A stretch of DNA of 64,000 nt from the human T2T-CHM13v2.0 reference genome, Homo sapiens: assembly GCF_009914755.1 (NCBI RefSeq), contig NC_060939.1; one strand, 5' to 3'. Below the pieces are notes generated by a model. It was not told the DNA's origin. It saw nothing but the letters and a program-made list of their open reading frames with translations, and ran no database searches. Every line of letters starts with the position of its first letter. The first letter of the stretch is position 1. The translations under genes were made by a program, and so were the position numbers. Below are positions 12,901-26,700 of this stretch, piece by piece.

Positions 12901-15900
12901 TGTGTCCACTGCATTCCATTCCACTCCATTCCATATTATTCCATTACACTCCATTCCATTCTATTACTTTCATTTCCATTCAATTCCATTCCATTTGATT
13001 CCATTCCACTCGGTTTCATTCCATTTGAGTCCACTCCATTCCATTCCATTCCATTCCATTCAGTTCCATTCCATTCTGTTCCAATCCATTCCATTCCATT
13101 GCATTCCATTCCATTCGGTACCATTCCATATTGTTCCATTCGATTCCATTCGAATCCATTCCATTCCAGTCCATTCCATTCGATTCCATTCCATTCCTTT
13201 ACATTCCATTCCATTCCATTCCATTCCACTTGATTCCACTCCATTCCCTTCCACTGCATTCCATTCGATTCCATTCCATTGCATTGCATTCCATTCCATT
13301 GGACTGCATTCCATTCGATTCCATTACATTCGAATCAATTACATAGCAATCCATTACATTCGAGTCTATTCTATTCCGTTCCATTCGATTTCGTTCCAAT
13401 CCATTCGATTCCATTCCATTTGATTCCATTCCATACTATTGCATTCCATTCTATTACATTATATTCGAATAAGTTCCATTCAAGACCATTTCTTTTGAGT
13501 CCATTCTATTTGAGTCCATTCCCTTTGATTCCATAACATTTGAGTCCATTCAATTCCATTCCTTTCGTTTCCATTCCATTTGATGCCATTCCATTCAATT
13601 CTGTTCTACTCGACTCCAATACATTCAATTCCATTCCATCCGATTCCATTACATTCTTTTCATTTCTTATCCATTTCAAGCCATTCCACTCCATTCCATT
13701 CCACTCGTTTCCTTTCCATTCGAGTCCATTCCTCTCCAGTCCATTCCGTTCAATCCATTCCATTCCAGTCCATTCCATTCGAGTCCGTTCCATTCCAGTC
13801 CATTCCATTCGAGTCAATTCCATTCCATTCGATGTCTTTCCATAACGATCCATTCCATTCTATTCCTTTCGATTCCATTCCATTCTATTTCATTCCATTC
13901 GATTCTCTTCCTTTGGACTCCTTTCCATTCGAGTGCATTCCATTCCGTTCCATTTCTTTCTGTTCTGTACGATTCCTACCGTTCGATTTCATTTTGTTCC
14001 AGTCCATTCCTTTCGCGTCCATTCCATTCCATTTCACTCCATTCGATTCCATTCCACTCGATTCCACTTCGTTCCATTTCATTGCATTCCATTCTATTTA
14101 ACTCTATTGCCTTCCATTCCATTCCATTCGATTACATTCCATGCGATTCCATTCGAAATCGAATCAATTACATTGCAATCCATTACTATTGAGTCCGTTT
14201 TATTCCAGTCCACTGCATTCTGGTCTATTCCATTTGATTCCATTCCATTCTATTCCATTCCATACAGTTGCATTCCATTGGATTCCATTCTATATCTATA
14301 AATTCAATTCGAGACCATTGCTTTTGAGTCCCTTCTATATGATTCCATTCCATTCAAGTCCATTACATTTGGTTCAATTCCATTCCATTCCATTCCCTTC
14401 CATTCCATTCCAATTGATATCAGTCCATTCGATTCCATTCCATTCGAGCACATTCCATTCGAGTCCATTCCATTCGATGCCATTCCATTTGATTCTATGC
14501 CATTAGTCTCCATTCAATTCCATTAATCTCCATTCCATTCCATTCTACTCCAACTGATTCCATTCCATTCTATTCCTTTCCATTCCATTTCATACCATTC
14601 CATTCCATTTCATTCCATTCCATTCCATTCGTGTCCTTTCCACTCCAGTCCATTCCATTCGTGTCCATTCCATTCCAGTCCATTACATTTGTGTCCACTG
14701 CATTCCATTCCACTCCATTCCATATTATTCCATTACACTCCATTCCATTCTATTACTTTCATTTCCATTCAATTCCATTCCATTTGATTCCATTCCACTT
14801 GGTTTCATTCCATTTGAGTCCACTCCATTCCATTTCATTCCATTCCATTCAGTTCCATTCCATTCTGTTCCAATCCATTCCATTCCATTGCATTCCATTC
14901 CATTCGGTACCATTCCATATTGTTCCGTTCGATTCCATTCGAATCCATTCCATTCCAGTCCATTCCATTCGATTCCATTCCATTCCTTTACATTCCTTTC
15001 CATTCCATTCCATTCCACTTGATTCCACTCCATTCCCTTCCACTGCATTCCATTCGATTCCATTCCATTGCATTGCATTCCATTCCATTGGACTGCATTC
15101 CATTCGATTCCATTCCTTTGGAATCAATTACATAGCAATCCATTACATTCGAGTCTATTCTATTCCGTTCCATTCGATTTCGTTCCAATCCATTCGATTC
15201 CATTCCATTCGATTCCATTCCATACTATTGCATTCCATTCTATTACATTATATTCGAATAAGTTCCATTCAAGACCATTTCTTTTGAGTCCATTCTATTT
15301 GAGTCCATTCCCTTTGATTCCATAACATTTGAGTCCATTCAATTCCATTCCTTTCGTTTCCATTCCATTTGATGCCATTCCATTCAATTCTCTTCTACTC
15401 GACTCCAATACATTCAATTCCATTCCATCCGATTCCATTACATTCTTTTCATTTCTTATCCATTTCAAGCCATTCCACTCCATTCCATTCCACTCGTTTC
15501 CTTTCCATTCGAGTCCATTCCTCTCCAGTCCATTCCGTTCAATCCATTCCATTCCAGTCCATTCCATTCGAGTCCGTTCCATTCCAGTCCATTCCATTCG
15601 AGTCAATTCCATCCCATTCGATGTCTTTCCATAACGATCCATTCCATTCTATTCCTTTCGATTCCATTCCATTCTATTTCATTCCATTCGATTCCCTTCC
15701 ATTGGACTCCTTTCCATTCGAGTGCATTCCATTCCGTTCCATTTCTTTCCGTTCTGTACGATTCCTACCGTTCGATTTCATTTTGTTCCAGTCCATTCCT
15801 TTCGCGTCCATTCCATTCCATTTCACTCCATTCGATTCCATTCCACTCGATTCCACTTCGTTCCATTTCATTGCATTCCATTCTATTCAACTCCATTGCC

Positions 15901-18900
15901 TTCCTTTCCATTCCATTCGATTACATTCCATGCGATTCCATTCGAAATCGAATCAATTACATTGCAATCCATTACTATTGAGTCCGTTTTATTCCAGTCC
16001 ACTGCATTCTGGTCCATTCCATTTGATTCCATTCCATTCTATTCCATTCCATACAGTTGCATTCCATTGGATTCCATTCTATATCTATAAATTCAATTCG
16101 AGCTCATTGCTTTGGAGTCCATTCTATATGATTCCATTCCATTGAAGTCCATTACATTTGGTTCAATTCCATTCCATTCCATTCCCTTCCATTCCATTCC
16201 AGTTGATATCAATCCATTCGATTCCATTCCATTCGAGCACATTCCATTCGAGTCCATTCCATTCGATGCCTTTCCATTTGATTCTATTCCATTAGTCTCC
16301 ATTCAATTCCATTAATCTCCATTCCATTCCATTCTACTCCAACTGATTCCATTCCATTCTATTCCTTTCCATTCCATTTCATTCCATTCCATTCCATTTC
16401 ATTCCATTCCATTCCATTCGCTTCCATTCCATTCGTGTCCATTCCACTCCAGTCCATTCCATTCATGTCCATTCCATTCCAGTCCATTCCATTTGTGTCC
16501 ACTGCATTCCATTCCACTCCATTCCATATTATTCCATTACACTCCATTCCATTCTATTACTTTCATTTCCATTCAACTCCATTCCATTTGATTCCATTCC
16601 ACTCGGTTTCATTCCATTTGAGTCCACTCCATTCCATTCCATTCCATTCCATTCAGTTCCATTCCATTCTGTTCCAATCCATTCCATTCCATTGCATTCC
16701 ATTCCATTCGGTACCATTCCATATTGTTCCATTCGATTGCATTCGAATCCATTCCATTCCAGTCCATTCCATTCGATTCCATTCCATTCCTTTACATTCC
16801 ATTCCATTCCATTCCATTCCACTTGATTCCACTCCATTCCCTTCCACTGCATTCCATTCGATTCCATTCCATTGCATTGCATTCCATTCCATTGGACAGC
16901 ATTCCATTCGATTCCATTCCTTTCGAATCAATTACATAGCAATCCATTACATTCGAGTCTATTCTATTCCGTTCCATTCGATTTCGTTCCAATCCATTCG
17001 ATTCCATTCCATACTATTGCATTCCATTCTATTACATTATATTCGAATAAGTTCCATTCAAGACCATTTCTTTTGAGTCCATTCTATTTGAGTCCATTCC
17101 CTTTGATTCCATAACATTTGAGTCCATTCAATTCCATTCCTTTCGTTTCCATTCCATTTGATGCCATTCCATTCAATTCTCTTCTACTCGACTCCAATAC
17201 ATTCAATTCCATTCCATCCGATTCCATTACATTCTTTTCATTTCTTATCCATTTCAAGCCATTCCACTCCATTCCATTCCACTCGTTTCCTTTCCATTCG
17301 AGTCCATTCCTCTCCAGTCCATTCCGTTCAATCCATTCCATTCCAGTCCATTCCATTCGAGTCCGTTCCATTCCAGTCCATTCCATTCGAGTCAATTCCA
17401 TCCCATTCGATGTCTTTCCATAACGATCCATTCCATTCTATTCCTTTCGATTCCATTCCATTCTATTTCATTCCATTCGATTCCCTTCCATTGGACTCCT
17501 TTCCATTCGAGTGCATTCCATTCCGTTCCATTTCTTTCCGTTCTGTATGATTCCTACCGTTCGATTTCATTTTGTTCCAGTCCATTCCTTTCGCGTCCAT
17601 TCCATTCCATTTCACTCCATTCGATTCCATTCCACTCGATTCCACTTCGTTCCATTTCATTGCATTCCATTCTATTCAACTCCATTGCCTTCCTTTCCAT
17701 TCCATTCGATTACATTCCATGCGATTCTATTCGAAATCGAATCAATTACATTGCAATCCATTACTATTGAGTCCGTTTTATTCCAGTCCACTGCATTCTG
17801 GTCCATTCCATTTGATTCCATTCCAATCTATTACATTCCATACAGTTGCATTCCATTGGATTCCATTCTATATCTATAAATTCAATTCGAGATCATTGCT
17901 TTGGAGTCCATTCTATATGATTCCATTCCATTCAAGTCCATTACATTTGGTTCAATTCCATTCCATTCCATTCCCTTCCATTCCATTCCAGTTGATATCA
18001 ATCCATTCGATTCCATTCCATTCGAGCACATTCCATTCGAGTCCATTCCATTCGATGCCATTCCATTTGATTCTATTCCATTAGTCTCCATTCAAATCCA
18101 TTAATCTCCATTATATTCCATTCTACTCCAACTGATTCCATTCCATTCTATTCCTTTCCATTCCATTTCATTCCATTCCATTCCATTTCATTCCATTCCA
18201 TTCCATTCGCTTCCATTCCATTCGTGTCCATTCCACTCCAGTCCATTCCATTAATGTCCATTCCATTCCAGTCCATTCCATTTGTGTCCACTGCATTCCA
18301 TTCCACTCCATTCCATATTATTCCATTACACTCCATTCCATTCTATTACTTTCATTTCCATTCAATTCCATTCCATTTGATTCCATTCCACTCGGTTTCA
18401 TTCCATTTGAGTCCACTCCATTCCATTCCATTCCATTCCATTCAGTTCCATTCCATTCTGTTCCAATCCATTCCATTCCATTGCATTCCATTCCATTCGG
18501 TACCATTCCATATTGTTCCATTCGATTCCATTCGAATCCATTCCATTCCAGTCCATTCCATTCGATTCCATTCCATTCCTTTACATTCCATTCCATTCCA
18601 TTCCATTCCACTTGATTCCACTCCATTCCCTTCCACTGCATTCCATTCGATTCCATTCCATTGCATTGCATTCCATTCCATTGGACTGCATTCCATTCGA
18701 TTCCATTACATTCGAATCAATTACATAGCAATCCATTACATTCGAGTCTATTCTATTCCGTTCCATTCGATTTCGTTCCAATCCATTCGATTCCATTCCA
18801 TTTGATTCCATTCCATACTATTGCATTCCATTCTATTACATTATATTCGAATAAGTTCCATTCAAGACCATTTCTTTTGAGTCCATTCTATTTGAGTCCA

Positions 18901-20710
18901 TTCCCTTTGATTCCATAACATTTGAGTCCATTCAATTCCATTCCTTTCGTTTCCATTCCATTTGATGCCATTCCATTCAATTCTGTTCTACTCGACTCCA
19001 ATACATTCAATTCCATTCCATCCGATTCCATTACATTCTTTTCATTTCTTATCCATTTCAAGCCATTCCACTCCATTCCATTCCACTCGTTTCCTTTCCA
19101 TTCGAGTCCATTCCTCTCCAGTCCATTCCGTTCAATCCATTCCATTCCAGTCCATTCCATTCGAGTCCGTTCCATTCCAGTCCATTCCATTCGAGTCAAT
19201 TCCATTCCATTCGATGTCTTTCCATAACGATCCATTCCATTCTATTCCTTTCGATTCCATTCCATTCTATTTCATTCCATTCGATTCCCTTCCATTGGAC
19301 TCCTTTCCATTCGAGTGCATTCCATTCCGTTCCATTTCTTTCTGTTCTGTACGATTCCTACCGTTCGATTTCATTTTGTTCCAGTCCATTCCTTTCGCGT
19401 CCATTCCATTCCATTTCACTCCATTCGATTCCATTCCACTCGATTCCACTTCGTTCCATTTCATTGCATTCCATTCTATTTAACTCTATTGCCTTCCATT
19501 CCATTCCATTCGATTACATTCCATGCGATTCCATTCGAAATCGAATCAATTACATTGCAATCCATTACTATTGAGTCCGTTTTATTCCAGTCCACTGCAT
19601 TCTGGTCTATTCCATTTGATTCCATTCCATTCTATTCCATTCCATACAGTTGCATTCCATTGGATTCCATTCTATATCTATAAATTCAATTCGAGACCAT
19701 TGCTTTTGAGTCCCTTCTATATGATTCCATTCCATTCAAGTCCATTACATTTGGTTCAATTCCATTCCATTCCATTCCCTTCCATTCCATTCCAATTGAT
19801 ATCAGTCCATTCGATTCCATTCCATTCGAGCACATTCCATTCGAGTCCATTCCATTCGATGCCATTCCATTTGATTCTATGCCATTAGTCTCCATTCAAT
19901 TCCATTAATCTCCATTCCATTCCATTCTACTCCAACTGATTCCATTCCATTCTATTCCTTTCCATTCCATTTCATACCATTCCATTCCATTTCATTCCAT
20001 TCCATTCCATTCGTGTCCTTTCCACTCCAGTCCATTCCATTCGTGTCCATTCCATTCCAGTCCATTACATTTGTGTCCACTGCATTCCATTCCATTCCAT
20101 TCCATATTATTCCATTACACTCCATTCCATTCTATTACTTTCATTTCCATTCAATTCCATTCCATTTGATTCCATTCCACTTGGTTTCATTCCATTTGAG
20201 TCCACTCCATTCCATTTCATTCCATTCCATTCAGTTCCATTCCATTCTGTTCCAATCCATTCCATTCCATTGCATTCCATTCCATTCGGTACCATTCCAT
20301 ATTGTTCCGTTCGATTCCATTCGAATCCATTCCATTCCAGTCCATTCCATTCGATTCCATTCCATTCCTTTACATTCCTTTCCATTCCATTCCATTCCAC
20401 TTGATTCCACTCCATTCCCTTCCACTGCATTCCATTCGATTCCATTCCATTGCATTGCATTCCATTCCATTGGACTGCATTCCATTCGATTCCATTCCTT
20501 TGGAATCAATTACATAGCAATCCATTACATTCGAGTCTATTCTATTCCGTTCCATTCGATTTCGTTCCAATCCATTCGATTCCATTCCATTCGATTCCAT
20601 TCCATACTATTGCATTCCATTCTATTACATTATATTCGAATAAGTTCCATTCAAGACCATTTCTTTTGAGTCCATTCTATTTGAGTCCATTCCCTTTGAT
20701 TCCATAACAT
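9922..20710 (+). repeat. Tandem duplication of a 3-unit A-B-C block, period 5382 bp
   Basis: Offsets 11736->17118, 13540->18922 and 11410->16792 are all 5382. Both copies share a private 15-bp deletion (~11615, ~16997) and the 'gattctattcgaaat' allele (~12341, ~17723). Confidence 0.85.
10921..10970 (+). repeat. Private 25-bp tandem duplication 'tccattctactccaactgattccat' x2
   Basis: Directly visible at 10921-10970; single-copy in the other units. With the 15-bp deletion it explains the 1814-bp length of unit 9922. Confidence 0.93.
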
Positions 20711-23700
20711 TTGAGTCCATTCAATTCCATTCCTTTCGTTTCCATTCCATTTGATGCCATTCCATTCAATTCTCTTCTACTCGACTCCAATACATTCAAT
20801 TCCATTCCATCCGATTCCATTACATTCTTTTCATTTCTTATCCATTTCAAGCCATTCCACTCCATTCCATTCCACTCGTTTCCTTTCCATTCGAGTCCAT
20901 TCCTCTCCAGTCCATTCCGTTCAATCCATTCCATTCCAGTCCATTCCATTCGAGTCCGTTCCATTCCAGTCCATTCCATTCGAGTCAATTCCATCCCATT
21001 CGATGTCTTTCCATAACGATCCATTCCATTCTATTCCTTTCGATTCCATTCCATTCTATTTCATTCCATTCGATTCCCTTCCATTGGACTCCTTTCCATT
21101 CGAGTGCATTCCATTCCGTTCCATTTCTTTCCGTTCTGTATGATTCCTACCGTTCGATTTCATTTTGTTCCAGTCCATTCCTTTCGCGTCCATTCCATTC
21201 CATTTCACTCCATTCGATTCCATTCCACTCGATTCCACTTCGTTCCATTTCATTGCATTCCATTCTATTCAACTCCATTGCCTTCCTTTCCATTCCATTC
21301 GATTACATTCCATGCGATTCCATTCGAAATCGAATCAATTACATTGCAATCCATTACTATTGAGTCCGTTTTATTCCAGTCCACTGCATTCTGGTCCATT
21401 CCATTTGATTCCATTCCAATCTATTCCATTCCATACAGTTGCATTCCATTGGATTCCATTCTATATCTATAAATTCAATTCGAGATCATTGCTTTGGGGT
21501 CCATTCTATATGATTCCATTCCATTCAAGTCCATTACATTTGGTTCAATTCCATTCCATTCCATTCCCTTCCATTCCATTCCAGTTGATATCAATCCATT
21601 CGATTCCATTCCATTCGAGCACATTCCATTCGAGTCCATTCCATTCGATGCCATTCCATTTGATTCTATTCCATTAGTCTCCATTCAAATCCATTAATCT
21701 CCATTATATTCCATTCTACTCCAACTGATTCCATTCCATTCTATTCCTTTCCATTCCATTTCATTCCATTCCATTCCATTTCATTCCATTCCATTCCATT
21801 CGCTTCCATTCCATTCGTGTCCATTCCACTCCAGTCCATTCCATTAATGTCCATTCCATTCCAGTCCATTCCATTTGTGTCCACTGCATTCCATTCCACT
21901 CCATTCCATATTATTCCATTACACTCCATTCCATTCTATTACTTTCATTTCCATTCAATTCCATTCCATTTGATTCCATTCCACTCGGTTTCATTCCATT
22001 TGAGTCCACTCCATTCCATTCCATTCCATTCCATTCAGTTCCATTCCATTCTGTTCCAATCCATTCCATTCCATTGCATTCCATTCCATTCGGTACCATT
22101 CCATATTGTTCCATTCGATTCCATTCGAATCCATTCCATTCCAGTCCATTCCATTCGATTCCATTCCATTCCTTTACATTCCATTCCATTCCATTCCATT
22201 CCACTTGATTCCACTCCATTCCCTTCCACTGCATTCCATTCGATTCCATTCCATTGCATTGCATTCCATTCCATTGGACTGCATTCCATTCGATTCCATT
22301 ACATTCGAATCAATTACATAGCAATCCATTACATTCGAGTCTATTCTATTCCGTTCCATTCGATTTCGTTCCAATCCATTCGATTCCATTCCATTTGATT
22401 CCATTCCATACTATTGCATTCCATTCTATTACATTATATTCGAATAAGTTCCATTCAAGACCATTTCTTTTGAGTCCATTCTATTTGAGTCCATTCCCTT
22501 TGATTCCATAACATTTGAGTCCATTCAATTCCATTCCTTTCGTTTCCATTCCATTTGATGCCATTCCATTCAATTCTGTTCTACTCGACTCCAATACATT
22601 CAATTCCATTCCATCCGATTCCATTACATTCTTTTCATTTCTTATCCATTTCAAGCCATTCCACTCCATTCCATTCCACTCGTTTCCTTTCCATTCGATC
22701 CATTCCTCTCCAGTCCATTCCGTTCAATCCATTCCATTCCAGTCCATTCCATTCGAGTCCGTTCCATTCCAGTCCATTCCATTCGAGTCAATTCCATTCC
22801 ATTCGATGTCTTTCCATAACGATCCATTCCATTCTATTCCTTTCGATTCCATTCCATTCTATTTCATTCCATTCGATTCCCTTCCATTGGACTCCTTTCC
22901 ATTCGAGTGCATTCCATTCCGTTCCATTTCTTTCTGTTCTGTACGATTCCTACCGTTCGATTTCATTTTGTTCCAGTCCATTCCTTTCGCGTCCATTCCA
23001 TTCCATTTCACTCCATTCGATTCCATTCCACTCGATTCCACTTCGTTCCATTTCATTGCATTCCATTCTATTTAACTCTATTGCCTTCCATTCCATTCCA
23101 TTCGATTACATTCCATGCGATTCCATTCGAAATCGAATCAATTACATTGCAATCCATTACTATTGAGTCCGTTTTATTCCAGTCCACTGCATTCTGGTCT
23201 ATTCCATTTGATTCCATTCCATTCTATTCCATTCCATACAGTTGCATTCCATTGGATTCCATTCTATATCTATAAATTCAATTCGAGACCATTGCTTTTG
23301 AGTCCCTTCTATATGATTCCATTCCATTCAAGTCCATTACATTTGGTTCAATTCCATTCCATTCCATTCCCTTCCATTCCATTCCAATTGATATCAGTCC
23401 ATTCGATTCCATTCCATTCGAGCACATTCCATTCGAGTCCATTCCATTCGATGCCATTCCATTTGATTCTATGCCATTAGTCTCCATTCAATTCCATTAA
23501 TCTCCATTCCATTCCATTCTACTCCAACTGATTCCATTCCATTCTATTCCTTTCCATTCCATTTCATACCATTCCATTCCATTTCATTCCATTCCATTCC
23601 ATTCGTGTCCTTTCCACTCCAGTCCATTCCATTCGTGTCCATTCCATTCCAGTCCATTACATTTGTGTCCACTGCATTCCATTCCACTCCATTCCATATT

Positions 23701-26700
23701 ATTCCATTACACTCCATTCCATTCTATTACTTTCATTTCCATTCAATTCCATTCCATTTGATTCCATTCCACTTGGTTTCATTCCATTTGAGTCCACTCC
23801 ATTCCATTTCATTCCATTCCATTCAGTTCCATTCCATTCTGTTCCAATGCATTCCATTCCATTGCATTCCATTCCATTCGGTACCATTCCATATTGTTCC
23901 GTTCGATTCCATTCGAATCCATTCCATTCCAGTCCATTCCATTCGATTCCATTCCATTCCTTTACATTCCTTTCCATTCCATTCCATTCCACTTGATTCC
24001 ACTCCATTCCCTTCCACTGCATTCCATTCGATTCCATTCCATTGCATTGCATTCCATTCCATTGGACTGCATTCCATTCGATTCCATTCCTTTGGAATCA
24101 ATTACATAGCAATCCATTACATTCGAGTCTATTCTATTCCGTTCCATTCGATTTCGTTCCAATCCATTCGATTCCATTCCATTCGATTCCATTCCATACT
24201 ATTGCATTCCATTCTATTACATTATATTCGAATAAGTTCCATTCAAGACCATTTCTTTTGAGTCCATTCTATTTGAGTCCATTCCCTTTGATTCCATAAC
24301 ATTTGAGTCCATTCAATTCCATTCCTTTCGTTTCCATTCCATTTGATGCCATTCCATTCAATTCTGTTCTACTCGTCTCCAATACATTCAATTCCATTCC
24401 ATCCGATTCCATTACATTCTTTTCATTTCTTATCCATTTCAAGCCATTCCACTCCATTCCATTCCACTCGTTTCCTTTCCATTCGAGTCCATTCCTCTCC
24501 AGTCCATTCCGTTCAATCCATTCCATTCCAGTCCATTCCATTCGAGTCCGTTCCATTCCAGTCCATTCCATTCGAGTCAATTCCATTCCATTCGATGTCT
24601 TTCCATAACGATCCATTCCATTCTATTCCTTTCGATTCCATTCCATTCTATTTCATTCCATTCGATTCCCTTCCATTGGACTCCTTTCCATTCGAGTGCA
24701 TTCCATTCCGTTCCATTTCTTTCCGTTCTGTACGATTCCTACCGTTCGATTTCATTTTGTTCCAGTCATTTCCTTTCGCGTCCATTCCATTCATTTTCAC
24801 TCCATTCGATTCCATTCCACTCGATTCCACTTCGTTCCATTTCATTGCATTCCATTCTATTCAACTCTATTGCCTTCCATTCCATTCCATTCGATTACAT
24901 TCCATGCGATTCCATTCGAAATCGAATCAATTACATTGCAATCCATTACTATTGAGTCCGTTTTATTCCAGTCCACTGCATTCTGGTCCATTCCATTTGA
25001 TTCCATTCCATTCTATTCCATTCCATACAGTTGCATTCCATTGGATTCCATGCTATATCTATAAATTCAATTCGAGACCATTGCTTTTGAGTCCATTCTA
25101 TATGATTCCATTCCATTCAAGTCCATTACATTTGGTTAAATTCCATTCCATTCCGTTCAATTCCATTCCATTCCATTCCCTTCCATTCCATTCCAGTTGA
25201 TATCAATCCATTCGATTCCATTCCATTCGAGCACATTCCATTCGAGTCCATTCCATTCGATGCCATTCCATTTGATTCTATTCCATTAGTCTCCATTCAA
25301 TTCCATTAATCTCCATTCCATTCCATTCTACTCCAACTGATTCCATTCCATTCTATTCCTTTCCATTCCATTTCATTCCATTCCATTCCATTCCATTCCA
25401 TTCCATTCCATTCTTGTCCATTCCACTCCAGTCCATTCCATTCGTGTCCATTCCATTCCAGTCCATTCCATTTGTGTCCACTGCATTCCATTCCACTCCA
25501 TTCCATATTATTCCATTACACTCCATTCCATTCTATTACTTTCATTTCCATTCAATTCCATTCCATTTGATTCCATTCCACTCGGTTTCATTCCATTTGA
25601 GTCCACTCCATTCCATTCCATTCCATTCCATTCAGTTCCATTCCGTTCTGTTCCATTCCATTCCGTTCCATTACATTCCATTCCATTCGGTACCATTCCA
25701 TATTGTTCCATTCGATTCCATTCGAATCCATTCCATTCCAGTCCATTCCATTCGATTCCATTCCATTCATTTCAATTCCATTCCATTCCATTCCATTACA
25801 TTCCACTTGATTCCTCTCCATTCCCTTCCACTGCATTCCGTTCGATTCCATTCCATTGCATTGCATTCCATTCCATTGGATTGCATTCCATTCGATTCCA
25901 TTCCATTCGAATCAATTACATAGCAATCCATTACATTCGAGTCTATTCTCTTCCGTTCCATTCGATTTCGTTCCAATCCATTCGATTCCATTCCATTCGA
26001 TTCCATTCCATACTATTGCATTCCATTCGATTACATTATATTCGAATAAGTTCCATTCAAGACCATTTCTTTTGAGTCCATTCTATTTGAGTCCATTCCT
26101 TTTGATTCCATAACATTTGAGTCCATTCAATTCCATTCCTTTCGTTTCCATTCCATTTGATGCCATTCCATTCATTTCTCTTCTACTCGACTCCAATACA
26201 TTCAATTCCATTCCATCCGATTCCATTACATTCTTTTCATTTCTTATCCATTTCAAGCCATTCCACTCCATTCCATTCCACTCGTTTCCTTTCCATTCGA
26301 GTCCATTCCTCTCCAGTCCATTCCGTTCAATCCATTCCATTCCAGTCCATTCCATTCGAGTCCGTTCCATTCCAGTCCATTCCATTCGAGTCAATTCCAT
26401 TCCATTCGATGTCTTTCCATAACGATCCATTCCATTCTATTCCTTTCGATTCCATTCCATTCTATTTCATTCCATTCGATTCCCTTCCATTGGACTCCTT
26501 TCCATTCGAGTGCATTCCATTCCGTTCCATTTCTTTCCGTTCTGTACGATTCCTACCGTTCGATTTCATTTTGTTCCAGTCCATTCTTTCGCGTCCATTC
26601 CATTCCATTTCACTCCATTCGATTCCATTCCACTCAATTCCACTTCGTTCCATTTCATTGCATTCCATTCTATTTAACTCTATTGCCTTCCATTCCATTC

